Source of the DNA: Phoronis australis
Taxonomy: Eukaryota > Animalia > Phoronida
Reading direction: 5' to 3'
NCBI GenBank assembly: GCA_002633005.1
Contig: NMRA01000091.1
Span: forward strand, 417,267-481,266
DNA length: 64,000 nucleotides
Both the position numbers and the translations under genes were made by a program. The notes beneath the pieces were generated by a model, which worked only from the letters and a program-made list of their open reading frames with translations, had not been told where the DNA came from and did no database searches. Of this stretch, positions 49,701-62,750 are shown in pieces; the stretch's first letter is position 1, and every line of letters starts with the position of its first letter.

Positions 49701-52700
49701 NNNNNNNNNNNNNNNNNNNNNNNNNNNNNNNNNNNNNNNNNNNNNNNNNAATTGTTACCTAAATAAGGTCATTTCCTTGCATCTTATGTGCATGTCTTTT
49801 TCTTATTCAAAGGACGGCAAATAGGGAAACTAAACAAAAATTAGGAGGTTTGTTCCATTCAGGCTGTGTGTAGTGTCACTAGACTGCAAAGATCAAGATC
49901 TGTAAATCTTTTTAGTATGATAATCTGTGTAGAGTTGCATGTTAGACAGATAATCCACAGCAAGAGTACAGGACTCAATGTATCTTGAAGCTCTCAAAAG
50001 AGAAGTGTAGTACTTTAATGCATTTGAGAAACCATTTAAAATTATGAGAAGACAATGAAGTTGCATTCGAAAGGACATGAAGAAATATATCCTAGAGCAC
50101 ATGTCTACGTTTCATTACATCGCACAGTACTGCAATTCACTAGTCTACAAAAACAAGACCATATCCTCCACAAATTCACAACTAAGTACCACCAGTGCTC
50201 AACAAGGGCGAAAATCTCCGCTGGAAAATAGGAGTAATGGCGTATGTGCACTCGCGCGTATATACCCAGACTTGGCTTCGTAAAAAAACCGTCAAAACTC
50301 CGTGTTTGAATTTGGCATTCATATCTTTATGTGTCTAAACGTTTTTCCGAGCGCTTTACTCATAAATTTCACCGTGACGTCGTTTGGCTACAAGCGTCGC
50401 CAGTGGTCGCCGGGGACATCGTAGTTGTTAACGTCTTTTGCAGTGCATTATAAGTGGACGCTTTGTTGAATTGAAACTTACCAGGTCGAAAGTAAATCAC
50501 AGTCTTTCATAGTATGCTACAAGAAATTTATTCTTAAAAAGAACCATTCTTTTCTCGCAGTTTGAGAGTCACATCCCCTGGCATGGTTCGCGGCCGAAGT
50601 AACAGGTGCTGTGCACGTGACTGACTGACCTACTTTTTCCGTATACGGCACGCAGTGTTACACACAGAGGATAAAGTCGAATCACCCAATAATCATGTAA
50701 TTCCACAAAAAGTTGAACTATTTCGAGGCATTTACTTTCATGCTAAGTTAGCCAATGAATATGTAACCAACATTACACACCACATTTTTTCTCGTAAAGT
50801 TTGCAAAGCATTCTCGCGCATCAATACAAGTCGTTCGGCCGTGCGGATTTTTTGATACTTTTTTCATTCATTCGTTCGAGTTGCAACGGAACTATGCGAA
50901 CAAACTATGGAAGTTTGCGCTAAGTTAATCTGGTTTGCATGTTAAACGACATTGATGGCATTTGTACGGCAGGTCAATGCTAGAATTTTGCCGGGTATTA
51001 TTTTTTTTCGAAGTGTACGTTCTCAGCTATTTCAAATTAGCTGCTCCGTCGAATACATCGAGTGCTGCTTCAACTTCCGCGTCAGCAACTAGCATTAGGG
51101 GTATGGCAAATCCTTTGAATTTCGGGTGTGGGTTCTTCAATTTCAAAGATTAAGTGTCCATGTACGGGTAGTTAGCGCTGGATGCAATATTTCTCGACAC
51201 TGGTCGTGCGGGGATTCCGTATGAAGTCACCTTGACGTCACTGATCAGGAAGGTATTCCCCAAAGATGGCTGCCAGTATTTGCCGATCGTCATTGTGACA
51301 TTTATAGTAAAAATAGACGGCAAAAGTTCCTAATGTCGAGTTATTTCTTAATATTTAGCAAACTTAAACAATGAATTGTAGGTTTCAATAAAATTTATTA
51401 ATAAATAAATAATAAAATTCTTCATTTAGCCTTCATTTTCGCCGAGGTTGTCTTGGAATAGGCCGTCTTTTTTCCGTCTTGGCCGTGCCGTCCAAAGCCG
51501 TCCCAAGGGCGGCCATGACGGCCGCTAGATGAGTCCCTGTTTCATAGTCTGACCTTGCCCTATTTTCGCTGAACTATTTTGACTTTCGTCTGTTTACTTC
51601 TTGTTGTAGTTTAAGCATGTTTGATATGGGCTGGCTGCTGATGGTGGCAAATGCACTGATTTCACGAAATAAATGGAACAGTTGTGAACCAAAGTTATTG
51701 AGTCTAGGTAAACTTTATTTGCTGTGGTGACTTGGCATTTTTCCCATGTCGCCAAACACAATCTGAAGTCACATTGGCAACCTGCATGTCGCCAAATTGA
51801 GCACTGATATCGAAAACTTCAGTCTTGCTAGAGCAAATTAACTTGGTAAATGGCACGGAAGCACTTCTGTTTAATTTGTTGAGCGATCATATGCATTAAC
51901 TTTGAGCACCACGAAGTACAGAATTTATCTGTTAATTTCAACGTGTGCACATGTGTGCACGTGCGTGCGTCTATATACATATGGAGCACACACACACGCA
52001 CGCACCCACACACACACACACCTACCTCTGTCTGGGGCGTCCGGCATTTGCGGCTGTATCTCCTAAACCCCTTGCAGGATTGTATTGATATTTGGCAGGT
52101 GTGTTCCTATGGGGTTGACGACAGAGGGTGACGAGTTTCGCAATGACCCGAATACAGCTGTGCCCCCTACTGGCAATTTTAATTTTTTACGTTTGCCTCT
52201 GTATCTTCAAGGGTCCTCAACCGATTGTCATAGGCTTGTGTTAATGAGATGACGCTATCCTCCCATTTTCGGATGGATTTGAGGTATTTTGCGCCATCTA
52301 GTGGTCATTTTTTATTATTTTCGAGTATTTTTTGGCGTCCACTCCTCTATCAACCAAACCACTCTAAGGATGATAACTGGCATGTATGTTTTTACAATGA
52401 AGAGGACGGTTGACGATGATTGTCTGATGACTTCGACTATTGTGGCCCCTCCTAGTGGTAGTTTTTTGTTTTTGCGCCCATGGCTGTATCTCCTAAACGC
52501 TCTATAGGATCTTTATTAAATGTTGCAAATGTATTTATTATGCGCCCACATATTTATATGTGGACGCATTATGCCGTCATCTCCGTCCGTCCGTCTGGGC
52601 GGCGTCCGGCGTTCGGCGTCCGCTGCTCTATCTCCAAAACCCTTTGACATGCGTTCATGAAATTTGGCACATATGTTCCATTCATGAATGGGACGGCATG

Positions 52701-55700
52701 TGCGAACTTTTTTACGCTTACCTTTCTATCTTCAAAAGTCCTGAACGGATTTTCATGAAATTTGGTATGTAGGCACCTATTAGTGAGATGACGCTATCCT
52801 CTTGTTTTCAGATGGATTCGTCATAGTTTGCGCCACCTAGTGGCCATTTTTACTGTTTTCGTCCACCCCTCTATCAACCAAACTGCTCAAAGGATGATTG
52901 TGAAAATTGGCATGTATACGCTTACTATGTAAAGGACGATTGACGATGATTTTCCGATGAGTTGGACTACTGTGGCGCCTCCTAGTGGCAGTTTTGTTTA
53001 TTTTGCGCCTATGGCTGTATCTCCTAAACCGTTCTCAGGATCTTTACGAAATTGTGTAAGTGTATTTATATGATGTTAAAAACTGAAGATGACGACTTTT
53101 GGACGGATCCGCCTACCAGTGTGCCCCCTAGTGGCAATTTTATTTTTTTATGTTTACCTCTGTATCTTCACAAGTCCTTAACGGATTTTCATGAAATTTG
53201 GTATGTAGGCTCCTATTAGTGCGATGACGCTATCCTCCTGTTTTCGGATGGATTCGATCTAGTTTGCGACACCCAGTGGCCATTTTTACTGTTTTTGAGT
53301 CTGTTTTTTGGCATCCACCCCTCTATCAACCAAACTGCTATAAATATGATTGTGAAAATTGGCATGTATGTTCTTACTATGAAGAGGACGATTGACGCTG
53401 AATTTCTCATGACTTTGATTACTGTGGCGCCTCCTAGTGGCAGTTTTTTTTGCGTCCATGGCTGTGTCTCCCAAACCGTTTGCAGGATTTTTACTAAATT
53501 TAGCAAGTGTTTTTATGTGATGTTGACAACGGACAATGACGACTTTAGGATGATTCTGACTACCGGTATGCCTCTAGTGACAATTTTAGTATTTTACATT
53601 GACCTCTGTATTTTCATAGGTCTTCAGGTGTATACTTTGTGTTTCTTCGTGATTATGAAGGAAAAGTTCCAAGTAGAAATTTGTTTCTGGCATTCTAATG
53701 CTGTGCTAATCTCGTATGTTGGTAAATTTGTTTTTAATTCTATGTTTCTGTGGTGCTTTAAGCAACTGATGTATAGGATGTGCTTGTATTACGCAGATCA
53801 CTCACATTTTGCCCCTAGCCTATTGAGGAGACAATGACCATCCCTTTCCATTTTGCAAAGTACAACATACTACATATATTACATATATGCCCTCTACTGG
53901 CCACTTTATGGTACCAATAAACAACCCTAGAAGGATACCGTATACGGTGCAATTGTGGGCGCATTTCAACGCTCTGCGTTGCTCTTGTATGAAGTTGGCA
54001 ACGGATGACGACAACTTTCCGACAGATTGGACTCCCGTGTGCCCCCTAGTGGCAATTTTATTTTGTTTACGTTTACCTCAGTCTGTATATGCAAGGGTCT
54101 TCAACGGATTTCTATAAAATTTGGCTCATAGGCATCTATTAACGAGGTGACACTATCCTCCCATTTTCGGATAGATTCGTGGTATTTTGCACCACCTATT
54201 GGCTATTTTTTGTCGTCCATCCCTCTGTCAACCAAACCACTCTAAGGATGATTGTGAAAATTGTCATGTATGATCTTACTGTGAAAAGGACGATTGACAA
54301 TGATTTTCTGTCGACTTCGACTACTGTGGCACCTCCTAGTGGTAGTTTTTTTTGGCGCCTATACCTGTATCTCCTAAGCCCCCTGCAGGATCTTTATTAA
54401 GTTTAGTACTCGAACAAACGGAAGATGACGGATCCAATGAACACTGTGCCCCCTAGTGGCAATTTCATTTTCTGCGCTTTCCTCTGTTTCCATGAAGTTT
54501 TTCGACAAATTTTCATGAAATTTGTTAAATGACTGTCTTTTAAAGAAACGGTAACATTATCGGGTTTTCAGACGGATTCATCATATGTTGTGCCATCTAG
54601 TGGCCATTGTTACTGTTTTCTTGTAGGTTTTTAGCGTCCGCCCTCTGTCAACCAAACCGCTCGTAGGATTATTGTGAAAATTGGCTTTTATATTTTCGTA
54701 TTGTGAAGAGAACTGTTGACGATGATTTTCCGACTTCTATTGCTGTGGCGCCACCTAGTAGCAGTTTTGTTTTTTGCCCCCTTAGCTGTGTCTGATAAGC
54801 CCTCTGCAGCATCTTTATTAAAATTAGCTCGTGTATTCATATGAAGTTGACAATAGAAGACGACAACTTTCAGACGGTTCTGACAAACGCTTTGCCCCCT
54901 AGTTTCAGTTTCATTTTTTCTGTTTTGCTCTGTTTCTCTGAAGTTCCTTGGCGGATTTTCATACAATGTGGTAAATAGCTTTCTGTTAAAAAACGGTGTC
55001 GTTTACTTGTTTTTTGATGGATTCGAAGTATTTTGCACCATCCAGTGGCCATTTTCATGATCAAAATAAATACCCTAGAAGCACACCGTTTGGAGTGCAT
55101 TCGTGGGTGCATTTCAATACTCCGCATTGCTCTTGTTATGAAATTTGGCAAATGGGTAACTATTAAAAAGCCAATAAAGTGTTTCCATTTTCGTATGGAT
55201 TCGATTTATTCTGTGGTCATTTCTACTGGTTTTGGTGTTTGCATCTATCTGCCGAAATCGCTCAATGAATCATTATGAAAATTGACAGATGTGTGTAAAC
55301 TGAGAAGACCAATGCAGGCGTTAATTTTCAGAGGACTTCTGTGGTGTGCCCTAGTGGCAGTTTTATTTTTGTGTGCACGGCTGTAACTTTCTTAACCTCT
55401 TGCAGGACCTCTGTTAAGTTTGTAATGAATCTATGAATGCAGCAATAAGTTACAATGAATTTCAGACAGATCCGACTTCTGCTGTGTCACTTGTGAATCA
55501 TTTTTAACAAAGTCTGAACCTTAAGCTTATTGTACCATTTTTTTCCACACTTGTTGGCAAAGGATAGAGGAACAAGTATTGTCGTCAGGTAGTGAAGTTA
55601 TAACTCGGCAAACATCCCACTTGCTTTGACAGAATGTGAATTGCGGGTTATATTACAGAACCTTTTGTTTGTTATTAGCCTTTAGCTTGACTTTGAACTT

Positions 55701-58700
55701 GTCAACCTGTCTGGTGTGTGCTCAGAAAATTGCTAGACCCCGTATCCAGTTAGATGTTGATGAAGCTTAATTGGGATGTTGAGCTCTGAAACTAGTTGGA
55801 CAATTGAGCAGTAATTAACAGTGAGCTAAAGATTAATACAGAGGACATGGCTTGTGCAGAAAATTGCAGGAAGCTCAGTTGAAATTAGTAGTAAATTAGT
55901 GTAGAATACTGGGGATGTCATTAGATATTGTCAGGAAGGTTCAGTGGAAATTAGCGGTAAATTACAGCTGAATGCCAGCGGCTCTGGTACTTCACGGGTG
56001 GATACATTTGTGACACGAACTTGCGTTTTTTGAGATTTTGGAATTTGTTTAAGTCTTTAGGCATTTTGGTTCGGAAATTAGTATTTTAGTTTAAAAGTCA
56101 AATATTAGGTGTAAAAATGGTCTTGGATGGACCCACCCTGCAAATGTATGGCCAACCATCAGAAAAGAGCTTACCGTGTGTCCAGTGTAACGCGCTCACG
56201 AGTATCAGGACCAAAATATTCATGCACATGGCATGTGAAGTCATAAAAAACATTACATCTGGCCTCTGGTTGCAATCTTTTCTGACTAGGATCGTTTTAT
56301 CTAGGAGTGTATGAAGAATAGGAGAGTTCGCTCTGCTATCTTGTCACTCGGCGCAATGGTTATTGGTTCGACAAACTAGCGCCCCAAGCGGCGAATAAGC
56401 AACACTAATTTAGTGGCTCAGTTCGAACCATGTAAACACTGATCAATTCATATTTTAATGACGTTCGCAATGCAATAAAATTACTGTGTGATTGAAAATG
56501 GTTAAAATACGTAAACTGATATCCACTTATAATTGAATGAGATTGAAAATGTGTGACTGTTTTAATCAATATTTTTGCTTTCATTCTCTTAAAGGTCCAT
56601 TCAAAAGCCGTCATGGTTTTGTTTCATGTTTGAGTTCTCAATGAAGCAAATTACCATTCGTAATAACATTTCATACCTCCATGGACTACAAAATTTTAGT
56701 AATTGCTCCTGGGGGTTCAGGGGGGAGTTGCCCCAAGATGCCAGCAAAGGGGTACAAAGGAGGAGTGCAAATCAGGTGGGCACCAAATGGGTGTTGACTC
56801 TCTCCCAGGGGGGTACGTGGGAGGAGTGCTAAACAGGTAAAAACCAATGAGGTATTCCACATGAGTGTTGAGCCCCTCCCATAGTCACAAATTCTCCTGA
56901 CCATTGACAACATGTGCTGAGGTGGGGATGAGACTTGGCCCTCATTTTGAACATGACCCCAAGAACTTTTGCTTGTAATGACTGGTGCCCATCATTCCCC
57001 ATCACCATCGCGGGTGTTTTCCAGCTTTTAATTACGAAGTGCTCCTAGCTCACTGCACGTTTCATATCCACCCAACATATAATTTCAGTAGACGTACATT
57101 GACAACAGAGTATCTGCAGTAGGCAGAGGGTGGCCTGTGCAGTAACCTATACTGCAGATGACAGTGGCACCGGGACTGCGATCGACTTGTCTTCCAACCG
57201 TGAATATAACGCACAAAATGAAAGACAATGTATCAAATTATTGAATAACAAAATTAAGAATCCTTACATTTCTAGATCCTTAGGAAACGTAGAAAGTGAC
57301 ACGTTTGGTGTTTTCGTGAATGAATTAGTGCAATTTATCGCCCCGCAAAATGCGCCCTTCCCCATTGTTCTCACGCTTCCTACTTATCATTGATTATTCA
57401 CCACTTGGCGGCGCTAGTAGTCGAAATAACAGTGTACTCAAAAGTGAACTCTCCTAAATACAGTCTATCACGATTGTTTGACGACTCTGTCTCTAACAAC
57501 CAAGCATTCATTATTCAGATCCTTAGGAGACATACCATTGAATTATACATTTTTAGTGGCACTAGCGCTCGGTTCCGTGTTAACATTAGAATCAATCCTG
57601 GATATGGAGGAGCTAATTTGGTTATCAAAAAAGTTAATTAATATAGCGGTAATCATTACTCACTAGAATATTACAATCAGATGATACCTGGTGTGCCCTC
57701 TTGAGGTAACTGGTCAAAACTGCTAATTCATTAAATTCAGGACCATCACTGTTGGCATGCAAACAAACACCAATATTTGCAGGTTTGTGATAAACAAAAG
57801 CAGGAAAACTATGGTCAGAATGATTTACAAGGACATCAAAAAACAACAATTTCTTATTGATAGGCAATTCCTATATGAATTTCAGTGCAGAATTGGATCT
57901 AACCAAAGCCTGAAAAGATAACAATTCATCCCGTGAACAACAAAGATATTATCAAGATAGAAGATATAAAAGGGGATACTGTCAATATGATGAGTGACCG
58001 GTTTCTCAACTTCTGACATGTAAAAATTCTAAAAAAATAGGCCTAATGGTGAACCCATGCTGGCGCTGTATTTTTCCCAAAACACCTTGCCATTTATATG
58101 TCGAAAAGGGACTTTGGTGGTGCAGATAGTTGACAATTCCCTTAACCTAGCTTGTGAGGTATCAGGTGGTTTTAAACATGTGTGATGGTATACATTACTA
58201 AATGTAAATAGTTTCTGTAACAGTCACATTTATTAAATAATGACTTATCATCAAGTGGCATCTGTCTGACAGGACAATGAGAAGAAATGTTTTTTGACCC
58301 GTGCTGCCAAGTTTCATACATGGGAAAGACAAAATCTCAATTACTTTGCAGCTCACCAAACCTGAGTGGGCACCGGACTATGGTAGCGCCACCTTTGTTC
58401 CACATTGGGGTGCCACCGTGGCAGGAGCAAGAAAGTTCTTGATTGCCTACAACGTGAATGTGTTGTCTACTAAGGAACAAGCACACAGGATTGCCTTGAA
58501 CATCCGTGAACAGGGGAGGGGTGGAGAGGTGAGGTGACCTGTACGGTCATTAAGTGAAATTGACACCAGATCATGACCAAGCTCTATTTTTGCCGTTTTA
58601 TTGACTTTTCATAGAGAAATGTGCATACTGTCAATCAGTGAACATTATGTATTACACATAACGAAATCATATAAAATAATGCTAGTAATCAATATCTGGG

Positions 58701-60997
58701 TTCTCTTTTTAACACAGCTAGTCAAGGGTTTCAAATATTACACAGTTATGACATTTATGAACAAATTGGGTACGTCATTTTCTTGGAGGTGAAGATGATG
58801 ACGCCTTCACATTTTCTTGCAGCTTTGACGTATTCTGCACTATTTATTGTCCGTTTTTGTGATACTGCTAATAAACAACTCTAGAAGCGTACCATTTGCG
58901 GTGCAGTCTTGTTCAAGTCTCATGGATGTCAGCATAGTTAAAGCGGGCAACTGCATACGAATTATACCTTTTATCAAGGTGGAAACCAGATATTCTTTGT
59001 TAACATAACATACTTAAGGAATTGAGGAGCATTTGGTTGGTCTTTTGTGGTTCTCTAGAACAGATATCAGTGAAAAAATTATTGCAGGTGATCTGTTTCA
59101 CGGTGTACCAGACGTTCGCTGCTCAGGTGGGCCCAGTGCACTGATCAGCTGGAACAACATTTATTGTTTTGTTAATATATAGTTCAAACCCAGCTGAGGA
59201 ACTAGACACCTGATTCAAGGGTCTAACAGTGTGCCCCAGTGGGACTCGAACCCACGACCTTGAGTAAAGTAAGTGGACACTCATCCCTCTAGGCCACGCT
59301 GCCTGCTCCAAATGTCATGGGTATGAGATTACATCTAGTCGATGAATCCTCAATAATTTTAAGTGCCAGTCACACGTTAGTTTCACTGGAAATGCGCAAG
59401 ATTTTACATGTGCTCATGTTTGTACTTTGGCAGAGATTGGTGACTTATTTTTCAGTCGTTCTTGGAAACCAGATGGCAACACATTCATGAATTTAGTAAA
59501 ACATCCATGGGTCAAAAAACATGGTAAAGCAAGTAACCTGCACTGTTTTTGATTGAAGAGTATTGTAAATTGAGTTTCAGAAGTTCATAGTGGTACATGT
59601 TTTCACAGCCGGGCCGTCTCCCCAAGGTGCAAGCCATTGGCTGGTACTTAGAAGAGTCCAACATGGCGCAAGTGTCAATCAATCTGACTGACCACGAGGT
59701 GACCGGTCTACACACGGTATACGAGGAGACCTGCAAGGATGCACAGGTTAGTTTCCGTGGTTACTGAGGTAGGGGTGTTGGGAATCAGCGTGAGAAGTTA
59801 TTTTTTCTTTGAAGTTCTTGTCATTCTGTTGTTGGATCAAAACATGCTGAAAAAATGTAAAAAGCTTGTATGTTGCATCTCATGAATCTTATACAGTAGT
59901 TTTCAAAAGAAGCTAGGCTGACTTTTGACACAACTTGGATGAACTTCTTACCAGATTTATTACTTGGCGAAATGAAGTTTTTCCAGTATGTTACTGTGTC
60001 ATGAATTGTGTTTTCTTGCTTGTAACTCATCAATAGCTTGAGGCATATTGTTTTTGTTTAAATTAGATGCAAGATGGCGCTGTGGTCGCCATTTTCCAAA
60101 TTTTTGCTTTGCAATCTTCCGAGGAGTTATTCTGAAAATTTGTATTTTGATAGACTGCATCAAGAGCTGTCTGTCCATTTTTTGCTATGACTTAACGTTC
60201 CTTAATTATTCAAAATTTTCTGATGATTTCTCTTACACTGATTGATTTTGCTTTGGGCATCTCCGGCGTCCCTCGATGGGTTTTCTGAAACTCTTTATGT
60301 GAATAGATTTCATCAAGCGTTATCTCCGTTATGGCATCCATTTCACCAACTAAATGTTCCTGAGTTATTCAAGAGTTAGTCACTTGATGACTGTTCTTTT
60401 GTTGCCCGATTTCTCGCTGCTCGTTTGTTGGTCTGTCAGGTGCATGTTACAGGTGGCATTTATCATCTGATGAACATGAAAGTTTCAAACAACGTGTAGC
60501 TTTTAGAAAGCTTGAGGCCTATTGTTTTCCGACGAAATCAGGCACACAATTGTACAGATGTGGACATTTTTTAATAATTGTTTGACTTCATGACTGTTGT
60601 GAGTACGTCTGTATTGTCACCAGTGTTGGAGATGACGTCGTTGATGTTATTGTTGGCGTTGCTGGTGGCACTGTCTTTGTTGTGAGTGTGTCTGTGAGGT
60701 CACCCTCTTCATCGTCAATATTGTCTTGAGCGCTGTTGTCTAAGTGGCGATTTTGTGGTTAGAAATTTGTTGAATTTCGACATTGTCCAGGCTGTTTTGA
60801 AAACCACTGTGATTTTTTGAGTAGAGGTGTCTACATACTGAATTCATCCTCATCTTCTATTTCAGGAACTGAAGCTGGCCACAGTGGGCTCGCAGATAGT
60901 TGGCCTGGTCCCTTTGGAAGCGATGCTTAACACTGCCAAATATTACATGGAGAAGGAAGGTCTATTCTTGTTGGAGGAAGACCAGAAAATTAGATTG
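37659..60997 (+). CDS. FTCD: Formimidoyltransferase-cyclodeaminase, coding exons 1-7 (formiminotransferase domain); gene continues past the window end
   Basis: Seven GT-AG exons (54, 184, 129, 89, 177, 138, 132 nt) join in frame and translate to a close match of the vertebrate FTCD N-terminal ~300 aa. Confidence 0.96.
38523..40480. mobile_element. Non-autonomous DNA transposon, Kolobok-like (TTAA TSD, 5'-GG termini)
   Basis: TTAA|GGTAGGTGGATACAC ... GTGTATACACCTACC|TTAA; 15-bp TIR with 1 mismatch; no ORF. Confidence 0.8.
43578..43706. repeat. Local compound duplication (GACATACAGATCATGTATGGAT x2; GTCTACTRTAGACTGATGA x3)
   Basis: Direct reading. Confidence 0.85.
43808..43991 (+). CDS. FTCD: FTCD exon 2 ([35 protein letters not shown]...IDMRRHSG)
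   Basis: [11 protein letters not shown] motif; phase 0 to 1. Confidence 0.96.
45523..45651 (+). CDS. FTCD: FTCD exon 3 ([20 protein letters not shown]...LSEELGVP)
   Basis: HPR.G..DVCPF motif containing the catalytic His; phase 1 to 1. Confidence 0.96.
45757..46010. repeat. Palindromic MITE-like hairpin
   Basis: CACGGATCAC/GTGATCCGTG, CACCCA/TGGGTG and CCAACT/AGTTGG pair symmetrically. Confidence 0.6.
46094..47981 (+). mobile_element. HINE family copy interrupted by an unrelated ~500-bp stretch (about 46635-47140)
   Basis: Same internal repeats; 3' end GTGGGTGCATTTCAACATTCCGTGTTGCTCTTGTT at 47947-47981. Confidence 0.75.
48370..48505 (-). mobile_element. Decayed tRNA-like/SINE remnant
   Basis: Minus strand AGCTCAA..AGAG (A-box-like) and GGTTCAATTCC (B box). 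Confidence 0.4.
48928..49016 (+). CDS. FTCD: FTCD exon 4 ([30 protein letters not shown])
   Basis: IRAGEYE motif; tttgcag| and aag|gtgagt. Confidence 0.96.
49488..49749. other. Assembly gap (262 N)
   Basis: Run of n. Confidence 1.
52028..55490 (+). mobile_element. Compound HINE array (host copies around the nested copy; second 3' end at 55137, older diverged units after it)
   Basis: Recurrent CCCCTAGTGGCAATTT, GAAATTTGG and CCCTCTRTCAACCAAAC units at 420-450-bp spacing; 3' terminus GTGGGTGCATTTC...GCTCTTGTT at 55103-55137. Confidence 0.8.
52538..53988 (+). mobile_element. DINE-1/Helentron-like non-autonomous element (HINE), complete copy nested in another copy of the same family
   Basis: 5' hairpin ATGCGCCCACATAT..ATATGTGGACGCAT, (CCGT)n microsatellite, ~440-bp internal repeats, 3' subterminal IR TGTGGGCGCAT (53954-53964), stem-loop CAACGC-TCT-GCGTTG, T-rich end and no TSD. 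Confidence 0.8.
57634..58200 (-). mobile_element. Decayed Penelope-like reverse transcriptase fragment
   Basis: [14 protein letters not shown]...[14 protein letters not shown], degenerate YLDNIF (YxDD), FDVLV...VYHKP...[10 protein letters not shown]. Confidence 0.85.
58352..58528 (+). CDS. FTCD: FTCD exon 5 ([11 protein letters not shown]...[12 protein letters not shown]...[16 protein letters not shown])
   Basis: Strong motif match; tttgcag| and gag|gtgagg. Confidence 0.95.
59120..59309 (-). mobile_element. tRNA-derived SINE
   Basis: A box TGGCCTAGAGG and B box GGTTCGAGTCCC on the minus strand (59233-59303), followed by a non-tRNA body; no proper anticodon arm. Confidence 0.65.
59609..59746 (+). 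CDS. FTCD: FTCD exon 6 ([26 protein letters not shown]...YEETCKDAQ)
   Basis: Motif match; 138 nt, phase 0 to 0. Confidence 0.96.
60866..60997 (+). CDS. FTCD: FTCD exon 7 ([21 protein letters not shown]...LEEDQKIRL)
   Basis: GSQ.VGLVPL motif; tttcag| and ttg|gtaagt. Confidence 0.96.
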
Positions 60998-62305
60998 GTA
61001 AGTTTTATGTACAAATTACGAGGAGAGCAAACCTAGTGAAGCCTTTGATTATTCTAGTGTTTGAGATGCGATAAGAAGGTTGTCAAAACTCCTTGCATAG
61101 TCTTTTAAGTCGACAAGCATTACTTTGTTAGAGTTAACCAACAGTATAAGGCAGTGCTGAAGCTCAAGTTAAGATGAATTACGAAATTGTACAATTCATA
61201 CATTTTCAATTTTGGACTCGTAGTTATCAATGCCAATGCAAAAACACATGTCTGTCAAGTGTCCGTTTGGTGTCTACATGTGTGTCTTCAAAATGATGAA
61301 TATTTGTGAAATTTTGCAAAACAGACATACTCCTGTCCTGAATAGGATGACACGAACATATTATTTTTCCATACTGCTGTGCAATAAGTGACAATTTAGT
61401 TTCTTAATTTTACGGACATATTTTATGCATTTACCAAGTTCTTTGTTAGATTTTCGTTGTGCCGACAACAAGAGGTTTCTGTTTCATGCAGTTTCTAAGT
61501 AATCTGTGGCAAATAAGTGTCTATCAAAGAGACGACAGCACTTGCGTTATTTCAGACAAATTTGACTTATGCTGCATCCCCCTAGTGGTCCTTTTTACTT
61601 CACATTAAGTGTATGATATCGATAAACACCTCTAGAGGCATGATGTTGTTTGCAGTGCAGTTGTGGGTTCTTTTTAACGCCTTACATTGCTCTTAAATTG
61701 TTCAGCTTCCAAAATGTTTCAGTGAGTTGAGAGTAGCAATTCTTGTTTTAAGCTGGAGCTCACTTATCATGTCACATTTTGGGTTGTTGTTAAGATTGAC
61801 CGCCTTATGGTTATTATGTTCACGTCCCTAGGACATGAAAATAAGACAAAAATTTACAACTTCATTCAGTATTTTCAAAACGTTTTTCGTCTTCGAAAGC
61901 AAGGCGGCATGCTACACATCGCTGCCCACCAAACAAGGCAATGGCATTAACCAACTGGAACGAAACTTATGGTAGCACAAACTTGAGTTTGACTTAATGC
62001 ATGGTTTGTTTTACGTCACACTTGACTGAATTACATATTAAAACATGAATGGAGTCGCACTTTCAGCATTCAAGGTACATCGCACAAGAATAATTGTCAA
62101 AATTGTCATGTTCCATTTTTCAAAAGCTACTTCACTACAAATAAGGTAACCTTTACTAAATATTGTTTTATGACATCAACACTGTACAAACCATGTTGGT
62201 AATGGACTAAAATTCTCTTAATTTTTATTTTTGTGAAGAAATTAGACGAAAGAGAATTTCACTTATCTTCCATGGTGTGAACTAAATGAATAAACCTAAA
62301 CAGTC

Positions 62306-62750
62306 TTTTTGTGCCCACATTTTTTGATGTGGTTGCATATTGCCGTCATCTCTGGCTGGGCGTCCATCGTCCAGCATTTGGCGTCTGCTGCTGTAGCTCC
62401 AATGTCCCTTTTAGCATGATAGTCAGATTTGGCAGATGTGTTTTCATGAAGCAGACGACAGACAACGACGAGTTTCGGACCAATTAAACTACCGCTGTGC
62501 CCCCTAGTGGAAATTTTAGTTTTTTACGTTTACCCCTGTATCTTTGGACTTCCTATCACGGATTTTCTTAAAATTTGGCAAATAGGACTTTCTTTCCGCA
62601 TTTGGATGCATTTGACATATTTTGCGCCACCTAGTAGACGTTGCTACTGTTTTCAAGTCTGTTTTTTGGTGTCCACCCCTCTAGCGACCAAACCACTCTA
62701 ACGATGATTACGTAAATTGACCTATATGTTCCCACTGTGAAGAGAATGGT
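62306..62750 (+). mobile_element. HINE family 5' part, diverged
   Basis: TTTTTGTGCCCACAT..ATGTGGTTGCAT hairpin, GCCGTCATCTC and CCCCCTAGTGG units. Separate 3'-end remnants lie near 61575-61695 and 58850-58910. Confidence 0.65.

Noticed and set aside
49282-49824. 180-aa and 98-aa ORFs
   Set aside because: Open only because they cross the N gap.
53295-53837. 180-aa ORF and the similar ORFs at 46239, 47780, 52289, 54179 and 54688
   Set aside because: Chance frames through the HINE internal repeats, with inconsistent frames between units and no domain signature.
59233-59303. Functional tRNA gene
   Set aside because: A and B boxes are present, but the acceptor and anticodon stems do not pair properly and a SINE-like body follows.
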